Source of the DNA: a virus | Taxonomy: Duplodnaviria; Caudoviricetes | Strand: one strand, 5' to 3' | IMG/VR virus record: IMGVR_UViG_3300028018_000002 | Location: 1-51,358 of that record | DNA: 51,358 bases | In this document: positions 7,609 to 15,937 of the stretch, piece by piece | Numbering within the stretch: the first letter of the stretch is position 1 | How the letters are laid out: the number at the start of each line of letters is the position of its first letter | The notes under the pieces: generated by a model | What the model saw: the letters and a program-made list of their open reading frames with translations, nothing else | Databases searched by the model: none | What the model was told of the DNA's origin: nothing | Made by a program: the position numbers and the translations under genes

Positions 7609-8502
7609 ATGACAATCGACAAAGCTAGCATCAACACTCTCGCTGACCGTGCCGTGTATCTCGTGCTTGATTGGAGTTTCTTGGGAACGTGGAAACGCAT
7701 CGACATCGATGTGACTGACGGCAAGGCGTCGTCAGAAGTACGTGCCAGCAAGCGACTGCTGAAGAGCGAGTCGATCTCAGCGATGCGGAAGTTGAATTAC
7801 AAGGTCAGAGCGATGCTGTCGAAGCACTCGCTGAACTCGTTGTTCCGTCCCGGTGTGTATGTCGTGCCGTTGGACTACGTGCAGCCAGTGGACGACGAAC
7901 TCCAGAAGGCAATGACTGAACTGGAGACGATCAAAGAGGCGCTGAAGGCCGAGTGGGAAGACGTGATTGCTGAAGCCAGCGAACGACTCGGTGAACTGTT
8001 CAACCCGTCTGACTATTGCAGTGCGGAAGCGGCGGCTGACCAGTACACGATGTCCTACCGATACGTGCCGATTGCGGCGACACCAACGATCCTGTGCCAC
8101 ATCGCGGCTGATACGTACAAGGCCGATCTGGAACGGTCGAAGAAGGAAACCGAAAAAGAACTGCAAGCGTTCCGCGACAACCTGCGACTCGCGCTGCTTG
8201 GCATCATCGAGAACATGAGAATGACGCTTCAGAAGCCAGACGGTCAGAAGCGTGTGTTCGGCAAACGGTTCTTCAAGAGACTCGACGAGTTTCTTGCCAC
8301 GTTCGGCACGAAGAACCTGTCCGACGACGGCGCACTGGCATCGGTGGTCACGCAACTGCGCGACGTGGCAAACGGGGTCGACATCGCACGTCTGACGGAT
8401 TCGCACAACGAGCAAACAGTGCTTGATACGTCACTAGCGCAGATCAGTGACGCGATGGCGTCGATGATTCAGGACGAGGGTCGTGCCATCGACCTCTCGT
8501 AG
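7609..8502 (+). CDS. DUF3150-like helical protein
   Basis: Coiled-coil-rich 297 aa with LFRPGVYVVP and LGELFNPSDY motifs. Family call tentative. Confidence 0.55.
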   Translation: MTIDKASINTLADRAVYLVLDWSFLGTWKRIDIDVTDGKASSEVRASKRLLKSESISAMRKLNYKVRAMLSKHSLNSLFRPGVYVVPLDYVQPVDDELQKAMTELETIKEALKAEWEDVIAEASERLGELFNPSDYCSAEAAADQYTMSYRYVPIAATPTILCHIAADTYKADLERSKKETEKELQAFRDNLRLALLGIIENMRMTLQKPDGQKRVFGKRFFKRLDEFLATFGTKNLSDDGALASVVTQLRDVANGVDIARLTDSHNEQTVLDTSLAQISDAMASMIQDEGRAIDLS

Positions 8503-8615
8503 CACGTCGCAGGACGGCGACGGGGTGTCAGGCCAGACAAAAACCACGTCTGGCACCTCGTTCGTCGCGTACAGCGCAACCTCACGACCCACAGACCCAT
8601 TATCAGGAGGAAACC

Positions 8616-9644
8616 ATGAGTGAATTGAAGGAGAGCATCGTCGCAGCGTTGGAACCACTGAAGCGGCTGAGTCGAGATCTGAAACAGGCTGCAGCGACTT
8701 TGTCGCAGGGCGAGGCGCGGTATCTGGTCGACTCGTATTATGTGATGCAGGACGACCGCAAACGTGCTGACTCGCAAGTCACGGCACTCGATGAGAGTGA
8801 CGAGCCGCATGAGGTCTTAGCGTGGCTTGGTGGGAATACGCAGATGCTGGAACGCAATATCCAGAGCGCACTCGGTATCTATGCCGCAGCGAATCCGGTC
8901 GGTCGCTGGTCGCAGAGTATTCTCGGCATCGGACCGGTCATCTCGGCTGGACTGTTGGCGCACATCGACATCACGAAGGCACCAACGGTCGGACACATCT
9001 GGCGGTTCGCCGGACTCGACCCGACACGCGAATGGCTTGGGAAGCAACGAGCGACAGACGTGGTGGAGATGGCTTTGAAAATATGCGAGCGCACGAAGGT
9101 CGACGAGAAAATTGTCAGCGAGTGCGCCACGGTGCTGAAGCTGAAAGATGAGACCGTCTTGAAGATGGCGACGACAGATTTCCGTACCGGCGAGATCAAG
9201 AAGCTAACGAAGGCGTCATTGATTAAGGCACTGGCGAAGCGACCGTGGTCAGCGAACCTGAAAGTGCTGTGCTGGAAAATTGGCGAGTCATTCGTCAAGG
9301 TCAAAGGCAATCCGAAGTCGTTGTACGGTGCGCTATTCATCGAGCGTTGGGCATACGAGCAGCAACGCAATGACGCCGGTGAACTCGCCGACCAAGCGAA
9401 GGCGAAGTTGGAACGATACAACATCGGCAAGACGACCGATGCGTACAAAGCCTACTCGGCAGGACGACTGCCAAAGGCGCACATCCTTTCACGTGCGAAG
9501 CGGTGGACGACGAAACTGTTCCTGGCACACTGGCATCATGTCGCATACGAGACGCACTACAACGAGGCACCGCCGAAGCCGTATGTGCTGACGCACCTCA
9601 ACCACGCACACGAGATCACTGTTCCGAATTGGCCGATGACATGA
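8616..9644 (+). CDS. tasA: TIGR-associated Tas protein (TasA-like): IS110/Nop-domain RNA-binding protein with no RuvC or HNH domain
   Basis: AGGAGG RBS. Coiled coil, then SILGIGPVISAGLLAHID...HIWRFAGLDP (IS110 Transposase_20/Nop-like) and KRPWSANLKVLCWKIGESFVK. Lacks the N-terminal DEDD RuvC and the IS110 catalytic SG. Sits next to a 36-nt dual-repeat array. Confidence 0.8.
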   Translation: MSELKESIVAALEPLKRLSRDLKQAAATLSQGEARYLVDSYYVMQDDRKRADSQVTALDESDEPHEVLAWLGGNTQMLERNIQSALGIYAAANPVGRWSQSILGIGPVISAGLLAHIDITKAPTVGHIWRFAGLDPTREWLGKQRATDVVEMALKICERTKVDEKIVSECATVLKLKDETVLKMATTDFRTGEIKKLTKASLIKALAKRPWSANLKVLCWKIGESFVKVKGNPKSLYGALFIERWAYEQQRNDAGELADQAKAKLERYNIGKTTDAYKAYSAGRLPKAHILSRAKRWTTKLFLAHWHHVAYETHYNEAPPKPYVLTHLNHAHEITVPNWPMT

Positions 9645-9657
9645 GAAGGAGGTTGCG

Positions 9658-9822
9658 ATGATCTGTTGTATCTGTAAGCAGGAGATTCCGGTTGAACACG
9701 GAACATGGATAGAAGGTCACAACGCCGAACCGGTTGTCGCTGGCGGTCGATGTTGCGGTGACTGCAACGCGACGGTTGTCATTCCGGCGAGGCTGCGTGG
9801 CATCGTAACATCGCAAGAGTGA
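9658..9822 (+). CDS. Small Cys-rich zinc-finger protein (54 aa; missed by the ORF track)
   Basis: AGGAGG RBS. MICCICKQEIPVEHGTWIEGHNAEPVVAGGRCCGDCNATVVIPARLRGIVTSQE*; the stop codon lies in the first array repeat. Confidence 0.75.
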   Translation: MICCICKQEIPVEHGTWIEGHNAEPVVAGGRCCGDCNATVVIPARLRGIVTSQE

Positions 9823-10836
9823 ACCAAATTAGCGGAGAGCACCAAGAATCAGAAGTGAACCATCCACGCGGAGCGTGCCATCTACTATGAGTGAGTCCTA
9901 AGACACGAGTAGCACCATCGAACCCGAACGAGTCAGTCCCTCAGAGCGCACCACGAAAGCGGAACGAGTCAGCTGACGCGAGCGCACCACTACGCCCGAA
10001 CGAGTCAGGAACACGGAGCGAACCAAGGAACATGAACGAGTCACGATGTCAGAGCGCACCGAGGAAGGAGAACGAGTCACCACGGACGAGCGCACCACAT
10101 AATCAGAACGAGTCATTGAAGCGAAGCGCACCAACGTACAAGAACGAACCACAACAAACGAGCGCACCACATTGACTGAGTGAGTCATCCGGGCAGAGCG
10201 TACCAATTCGCCAGAACGAACCACTACACCAGAGCGCACCATAAGGATTGAGTGAACCGTAAGAGATGAGAGTCCCATCGAGACTAGTAGTCATCACCGA
10301 CGAGCGCACCACCTGTGAAGAGCGAGTCAATGAATTGGAGCGTGCCAAAATTGGAGAACGAGTCACAGAGCCAGAGCGCACCAACAACGATAAACGAGTC
10401 AGCAGTGCAGAGCGCACCGAAGGAGCCGAACGAGCCATCATGCTAGAGACGCACCATCTGCATCGAACGAGTCACCGTGACGGAGCGCACCAGCAGCGTC
10501 GAACGAACCGCCGAACCGAAGCGCACCACATGGATTGAGTGAGCCATTGAACACGAGCGCATCAGACCCACAGAGCGAGTCAGGTAGCAGCAGCGCACCA
10601 CCTATCCTGAACGAGTCACCCGCTACGAGCGCACCATGTAACGCGAACGAGTCGAAGGAGATGAGCGCACCAACTCTGTAGAACGAACCATACAGGCAAG
10701 GAGCGCACCACATCACGTGAGTGAGTCGCTGAGCGTGAGAGAACCATGTTCGACGAACGAGTCAAAGGATAAGAGCGCACCACGTAGTCCAAACGAGTCA
10801 CCAATGTTGAGAGCACCAATCATGCCGAACGAACTG
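9817..10836 (+). ncRNA. TIGR-like tandem interspaced guide RNA array: 28 units of 36 nt plus a terminal repeat
   Basis: Unit = GAACGAGTCA-N8-GAGCGCACCA-N8, with repeat variants (GAGTGAGTCA, GAACGAACCA) and non-repeating 8-nt variable segments. Four units carry indels (+1, -2, +1, +2). Confidence 0.88.
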
Positions 10837-10851
10837 AGAAAGGAGGTCATC

Positions 10852-11061
10852 GTGGCAGAGGCCACCACCCGCAAGCGGGTCGGACGACCAACACGGTTTC
10901 CCGGCAAGCCGCACAAGAACAGATTGACCGTATCGTTGACGCCAGCGTGCCGAGAACACATCGACGCGCTAGCACGTCGCATGTCATGCAGTCTGTCAGA
11001 CGTTGTCGAGTACAGCGTGTGGCAAACACCCACCATCACATCAACCGGAGGACACGAATGA
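10852..11061 (+). CDS. Ribbon-helix-helix DNA-binding protein
   Basis: AAGGAGGT RBS, GTG start. GRPT...RLTVSLTPACREHIDALARRMSCSLSDVVE. Confidence 0.75.
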   Translation: MAEATTRKRVGRPTRFPGKPHKNRLTVSLTPACREHIDALARRMSCSLSDVVEYSVWQTPTITSTGGHE

Positions 11062-11960
11062 GTAAGACCACAGAACTCGCCGTCGTCGAAGCGTCGGACA
11101 TGATCGCCGCACCGAGCGCCAACGAACTGGAGTCCAACGTCCGTCGGTATCAGGACATGCAGAAGACGCTTGACCGTCTGATGCCTGACCAGATTGTCGA
11201 GACGGGAACGAACAACGACGGGACACCGAAACTCTTCCGTCGGAAAGGCTATTGGAAAGCTATCGCGCAAGGGTTCAACCTCAACGTCGAACTCGTGCGT
11301 GAAGAACGACAGGTGCATGACGAGGACTTCGGCTACTGCGTGACCTACAAAGCGAGCGACCCGCGTACCGGTCGCAGTGCTGATGGAGACGGTGCCTGTT
11401 TCGCAAGCGAGAAGGCACAGCGTCGTGGTGGCATCGGTGGTACTGAACACAACGTCAGGGCGCACGCACACACACGTGCCACGAACCGAGCAGTCAGCAA
11501 CCTTGTCGCGTTTGGTGAGGTCAGTGCAGAGGAACTGGAAACGACTGACCGATCAGCACCGGAACAGCGCACGGTGACTGTCAAGAGAACAGCACCGGCA
11601 CGACCAGCGAAGACGCTGGAAGACCACGACGGTCCAGAGAAGATCACTGAGGTCAAGGCGACCGCGACGTGGAAGAACGGCACCACGGTGCACAAGGTCG
11701 TCAGCACTCGACGGGTGTATACCTGCATCGATGACGGTCAGGCGTCGTGCGCTCAGACGGCCATCGACCGCGACTGCGAAGTTGAAGTTGAGTATGAAGA
11801 GAAGCTGACCAAGCCGAGGGATGGACAAGAGCCTCGGGCGTACAACGCACTCCAGTCGATTGCGTTGATCGAACGACCTGCCGAGACCACAACACTGGGA
11901 TCGCCAGTGCTGGACCCTGCCGATGATAAGACACCAGACGTCGACACCATCCCGTTCTGA
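11058..11960 (+). CDS. Putative single-strand annealing / recombination protein
   Basis: RKGYWKAIAQGFNL...GDGAC...AHAHTRATNRAVSNLV; acidic C-terminus ending DTIPF; adjacent to an exonuclease. Confidence 0.6.
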   Translation: MSKTTELAVVEASDMIAAPSANELESNVRRYQDMQKTLDRLMPDQIVETGTNNDGTPKLFRRKGYWKAIAQGFNLNVELVREERQVHDEDFGYCVTYKASDPRTGRSADGDGACFASEKAQRRGGIGGTEHNVRAHAHTRATNRAVSNLVAFGEVSAEELETTDRSAPEQRTVTVKRTAPARPAKTLEDHDGPEKITEVKATATWKNGTTVHKVVSTRRVYTCIDDGQASCAQTAIDRDCEVEVEYEEKLTKPRDGQEPRAYNALQSIALIERPAETTTLGSPVLDPADDKTPDVDTIPF

Positions 11961-11961
11961 G

Positions 11962-12066
11962 ATGCGATGTCCACATTGCGGCAACGATGATCAGCGCATG
12001 ATCGAAGAGACTGGTGGGCGGCAATGGTTCTGCGTTGTCTGTTCCAAGACGTTCACCAGCACGTGA
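11962..12066 (+). CDS. Tiny zinc-ribbon protein (34 aa)
   Basis: MRCPHCGNDDQRMIEETGGRQWFCVVCSKTFTST*, with two CxxC motifs. Confidence 0.5.
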   Translation: MRCPHCGNDDQRMIEETGGRQWFCVVCSKTFTST

Positions 12067-12117
12067 CCATGAAGGGACGCTCTTGCGAGCGTCCCTTCTC
12101 ATCCGATGGAGGCACAC

Positions 12118-12678
12118 ATGATTCGCGTCACCGAGTTGTTGCGATGGGCTGGCGTGACGTCACCGATTCCAGATGTACCAGCGGTGCACGCCGCACTCGT
12201 ACGCGGCACAGCGGTGCATGAGCATTCGGTCCAGATCGAACCGCATGTGGTGGCTGGGACTGACCGTCAGTTCATCGCCACGTTACCAGAGTCGTTGCGT
12301 GGGTACGGTCATGCTGTCGCACAGTTCACACAACGGTTCGCACCGCAGTGGGACGAAGTCGAAGTTCGCAAGGACGACGCAGTCATCGGCCTGACAGGGT
12401 GTCCCGACCGTGTCGGCACGATCAACGGTGAGCGAATGATCATCGATTACAAGACCGGTGGCATGGCGAAGTGGCATCGGTTACAACTGGCGCTCTATGC
12501 CATTCTGGTCGAACGGTGCGGCGTCAACGGTCACACGGACTACCGCATCGACAAACGGATGAACGTCTATCTCGCAGCAGATGGAAGCTATCGACTCGAC
12601 AGTTATCGCACGCAGCAGGACATTCTCGACGCATGGAAAATCATCACCCGCTACAAGGAGGCCACCCATGAAGACTGA
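12118..12678 (+). CDS. PD-(D/E)XK exonuclease, RecB/Cas4-like
   Basis: RGTAVH...GCPDRV...IIDYKTG...QLALYA; GGAGG RBS. Confidence 0.85.
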   Translation: MIRVTELLRWAGVTSPIPDVPAVHAALVRGTAVHEHSVQIEPHVVAGTDRQFIATLPESLRGYGHAVAQFTQRFAPQWDEVEVRKDDAVIGLTGCPDRVGTINGERMIIDYKTGGMAKWHRLQLALYAILVERCGVNGHTDYRIDKRMNVYLAADGSYRLDSYRTQQDILDAWKIITRYKEATHED

Positions 12679-13390
12679 AGCATTGATCAAGCCGACGTTC
12701 GCGCCACCGTTGGGACCGGATGACTTACCGGACCAACTCGTGACATCCGAACACTCGCGTCTCGCTGAACATATGATCGCTGGCTACCGTTCGATGCGTG
12801 CCGAGATTGTGAAGACCTACACGGCGATGCTGACGCCGTTGAACAAGAAGCGGAATGTGATTCTCGGATGGAAACGTGAAGACCTGCAAGATATCGACGA
12901 CGTAGTAGAACGTGCGTCGTCGTTGTTGTCTGACTACCGCACACGCGAAGAACTGGCACGCGAAGTCGCAGCCGAAGCCGCACTTGCCAAGGCGCAAGCG
13001 GCAGCAGAAAAACAACAGGAAGAAGAAGCGGCGTTCTTGGAGACGGCGGCAGACCTTGCGTCAGACGCGGGATTGTCTGACGTGTTGCAAGCGCAAGCCA
13101 AGGAAGTCAGAGACGCACCGCCGCCACTGGTCGCGGTCATTGACGATACGACACCGGAACCGCCGAAGACCGAGTCGCCAATCGTTGAGCGCAAGAGTTA
13201 CAAGGCGAACTGTCATGACCTGATGACGCTGGTGAAGGCGGTCGCTGATGGTCGCGTGTCTGTGCACGCACTGGAACCGAATCAGGCGTGGCTGAATGCA
13301 CAGGCTGACTCGATGCGTGATGAGTTCTCGATTGACGGGTGCGAGTTATTGATCAAGTCGTCGTTCGCACGGAAGGCGGGACGCTCATGA
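12668..13390 (+). CDS. Conserved phage coiled-coil protein (recombination module)
   Basis: AAGGAGG RBS; long Ala/Glu helix; C-terminal LVKAVADG...PNQAWLNAQA. Confidence 0.7.
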   Translation: MKTEALIKPTFAPPLGPDDLPDQLVTSEHSRLAEHMIAGYRSMRAEIVKTYTAMLTPLNKKRNVILGWKREDLQDIDDVVERASSLLSDYRTREELAREVAAEAALAKAQAAAEKQQEEEAAFLETAADLASDAGLSDVLQAQAKEVRDAPPPLVAVIDDTTPEPPKTESPIVERKSYKANCHDLMTLVKAVADGRVSVHALEPNQAWLNAQADSMRDEFSIDGCELLIKSSFARKAGRS

Positions 13391-14721
13391 GCGATCCCGG
13401 TTCGCCGATGTCGCTGCTGACGAACAGCGACCTTGAAGAGTGTGTGCTTGGTCAGATCATCTCGTACGATAGCTGGCAACTTTATGTGTCACTCGGCATC
13501 AAGCAAGAACACTTCTGGTCGCCTGAACGTCAGCAGTTGATTCGCATCGCGGCGAAGTTAGTCGCTGACGGTACAGCGCCGGACCCTGTTTTGCTTCGGC
13601 AGGGTGGCGGGTCGGCAATGGTGATCAGTCGGTGCATGGATAACACCGTTCGGGTGAACGAGGAGAACGCGAAGTGGATGCTGGGCCAACTGCGTGAACT
13701 CTCGCGTGCACGTCGCATCTATCACGAGGCGCAGAACCTTGAACAACGTCTGGCTGAAGGTGGTGCATCGGCACAGTCCATCGTCGGTGAACATCTCGCA
13801 TCGGTCGAGGACATCGTGCGTGAGTCGTCCGGTGGCGGCATCGTCATGGATGCCGACGCGCAACACGCCGCCGCGACCACGTTGGCCGCAGAGCGCACGT
13901 CGTCTCGTCGTGTATGGCTAGGGCTGCACGAACTCGACACCGTCATCAACGGCTTGTCGTCAGGTGAAGTGCTTGGGTTGGCGGCACGACCGGGAATCGG
14001 CAAGACGTTATGGATGGGTCGCTACATGCGGTCGGTCATGGACTACGAGATTCCTGCCTTGATGTTTTCGTTAGAAATGCCGACCGCACAGATCGTGACG
14101 CGACTGGTGCAACCAGAGTGGAAGTTGTCACGCACCAAAGCACTCGACGCAATGAGCAACAGCACGCTCACCGTTGACCAGTATCGAGAGACGTTCAGTC
14201 GGCTGCACATCTGCGACCGTGCTGGCTTGTCGGTCGCTGAGATGGAAGCGACGACAATGCGCGTCAAGAAACAGCACGGCATCGGACTCGTATTGATCGA
14301 TCATCTTGGCTTGGTCGGTGGTCACAACGATCTGCGACCGTACGAACGCACCAGCTACAACAGCCGAGAGATCAAAGATCTCGCCAAGCGGTGTGAGGTG
14401 CCGGTCGTCTTGGCTCTGCAAGTCAGTCGTGATGCTGGCGGTGACGGGTCCATCCCGTTGTCGTTGTCGTCAACGCGAGACTCCGGTGTCACCGAAGAAG
14501 TTGTGGACTATCTGGTCGGATTGCATAGACCGGAACGCAGTTCGTCTCTCAGTGCTACGCAACGATTCGAGTTCAAGGATGTGGTAATGGCGAGAGTCTT
14601 GAAGAACCGACATGGTGCAGTCGGTGGTGAGGCCGCAGTGCACATCGATCCTGAGACACTGGTGTGGACTGAACGTACCGATCTTCGGAGTCCAGATGTG
14701 CGTCGTCGACCGTCGTCGTAG
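13387..14721 (+). CDS. dnaB: DnaB-like replicative helicase
   Basis: AARPGIGKT, FSLEMP, LIDHLGL, KDLAK..VPVVLALQVSR, RDSG..EE, KNRHG. Confidence 0.93.
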   Translation: MSDPGSPMSLLTNSDLEECVLGQIISYDSWQLYVSLGIKQEHFWSPERQQLIRIAAKLVADGTAPDPVLLRQGGGSAMVISRCMDNTVRVNEENAKWMLGQLRELSRARRIYHEAQNLEQRLAEGGASAQSIVGEHLASVEDIVRESSGGGIVMDADAQHAAATTLAAERTSSRRVWLGLHELDTVINGLSSGEVLGLAARPGIGKTLWMGRYMRSVMDYEIPALMFSLEMPTAQIVTRLVQPEWKLSRTKALDAMSNSTLTVDQYRETFSRLHICDRAGLSVAEMEATTMRVKKQHGIGLVLIDHLGLVGGHNDLRPYERTSYNSREIKDLAKRCEVPVVLALQVSRDAGGDGSIPLSLSSTRDSGVTEEVVDYLVGLHRPERSSSLSATQRFEFKDVVMARVLKNRHGAVGGEAAVHIDPETLVWTERTDLRSPDVRRRPSS

Positions 14722-14733
14722 CAGCAGCACAAC

Positions 14734-14774
14734 AGACCTCGACAGGCTTGATGCCTGTCGGGGTCTTTTTTTTT
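14734..14774 (+). terminator. Rho-independent terminator
   Basis: AGACCTCGACAGGC-ttgat-GCCTGTCGGGGTCT followed by a T tract. Confidence 0.9.
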
Positions 14775-14911
14775 GCCTGAAACCGTTAAGAAATCGTTAA
14801 AAAGCCGAACGGTCAGGGTGGTTCGAAAACAGCTAGGGCGTCCTCAGCGGCGTTCTAAGCGTCAGACCATAGAAAAACCACGCCAGATACCATGAAAGTC
14901 GCTTAGGACGC

Positions 14912-14940
14912 TGGACAGACGCTTTGACGGGTGCTATCCT
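14912..14940 (+). promoter_or_regulatory. Putative promoter for the rusA-onward operon
   Basis: TGGACA-17 bp-TATCCT with extended -10 TG, downstream of a terminator. Confidence 0.4.
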
Positions 14941-14955
14941 GCGGTTGTTCACACG

Positions 14956-15372
14956 ATGATCCTGAGATTCACTGTCACCGGTGCACCGAAACCAAAGGGA
15001 TCGATGAAAGCGTTTGTCCCGAAAGGCTGGACTCGACCAGTCCTCACCACCAGCAGCGCAGGTCTGAAGGCTTGGGAGCAGACGATCAGGTCTATCGCTC
15101 AGGCGCATGTGTCTGCGTACACCACCGACCCAGTTCGGGTGCGGCTGCGCTTTGCGCTTCCGCGTCCGAAGAGTTTGTCCCGTCGGGCGTCCCACCGCCC
15201 GCATACCAAGCGTCCCGACGTGGACAAACTCGCTCGCGCTGCGCTCGATGCGTTGACCGGTGTGATCTTCAAGGATGACTCGCAGGTCTACGCGCTGCAC
15301 GCGGTCAAGCACTACGCGCACGAAGACCAACCACCGCACGTCATCATCAGCATCTCAACGAGGAATCCATGA
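14956..15372 (+). CDS. rusA: RusA Holliday junction resolvase
   Basis: G.PKPKGS, FALPRPKS, KRPDVDKLARAALDALTGVIFKDDSQV. Confidence 0.92.
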   Translation: MILRFTVTGAPKPKGSMKAFVPKGWTRPVLTTSSAGLKAWEQTIRSIAQAHVSAYTTDPVRVRLRFALPRPKSLSRRASHRPHTKRPDVDKLARAALDALTGVIFKDDSQVYALHAVKHYAHEDQPPHVIISISTRNP

Positions 15373-15935
15373 CCGACGACTTAGTGACGATGAACGAGAG
15401 ACGGACGTTCGACATCGACAAGTTCACCTTCTCACCGACCGAACTCAAACCACGTGACGGTGAGTTCGACATGGACCAATGGCAACGATTGGGTGAATTT
15501 ATTCGCCTGACGAATCAGGCATGTCAATGGTGGTGGGGTGACTGGCTGAACATGGGCGAGGAACACTTCGGCGAACATGCCTCACAAGCACTGGAGGCGA
15601 CACGGTGGGACGAGGAGACGTTGCGTGTGTATGCGTGGGTCTGTCGCAACGTGCCGCCAGAGACGAGAGTTCCCGGTGTGCCGTTCGGTCACTATCAGTG
15701 CCTTGCGAAGTTGCCGGAAGCTGAACAACGCGAATGGGCTGAGAAGGTGGTCGACGATCAGATGTCGGTTCGTCAACTCCGACTTGCGATGAAGAACGGC
15801 GGGTCCGATACGCAACCGTGCGTCCTGATTCGGTGCAAGACCGACGCCGATGCCGACACGGTCGAGGCGTTGCTGCCTGAGAACGTCCGAGCGATTTGCG
15901 ACATCGAACGAACTAGTCGTGCACGGAAGATCTAA
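15369..15935 (+). CDS. LmbU-like DNA-binding / regulatory protein
   Basis: WWWGDWL..GE, ETLRVYAWVCR, PFGHYQ..A.LPEAEQREW, SVRQLR pattern resembling the LmbU family. Confidence 0.65.
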   Translation: MTDDLVTMNERRTFDIDKFTFSPTELKPRDGEFDMDQWQRLGEFIRLTNQACQWWWGDWLNMGEEHFGEHASQALEATRWDEETLRVYAWVCRNVPPETRVPGVPFGHYQCLAKLPEAEQREWAEKVVDDQMSVRQLRLAMKNGGSDTQPCVLIRCKTDADADTVEALLPENVRAICDIERTSRARKI

Positions 15936-15937
15936 CG

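Noticed and set aside
8616-9644. Active IS110 insertion sequence
   Set aside because: No N-terminal DEDD RuvC domain and no catalytic SG loop. It is embedded in a phage operon beside a dual-repeat array, which fits Tas better.
9891-10819. ORFs called on both strands within the array (e.g. 9891-10175, 9898-10278, 10266-10538)
   Set aside because: Artefacts of the 36-nt period (SAP..NES / VRS..TRS repeats). The indels shift frames and there are no RBSs.
9817-10836. CRISPR array
   Set aside because: Two alternating 10-nt repeats with 8-nt variable segments do not fit CRISPR geometry (one 23-50-nt repeat, ~30-nt spacers), and there is no cas1/cas2 or effector gene.
12118-12678. Bona fide Cas4 adaptation nuclease
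   Set aside because: It lacks the four-Cys Fe-S cluster motif, and its position next to an SSAP-like gene fits a phage recombination exonuclease.
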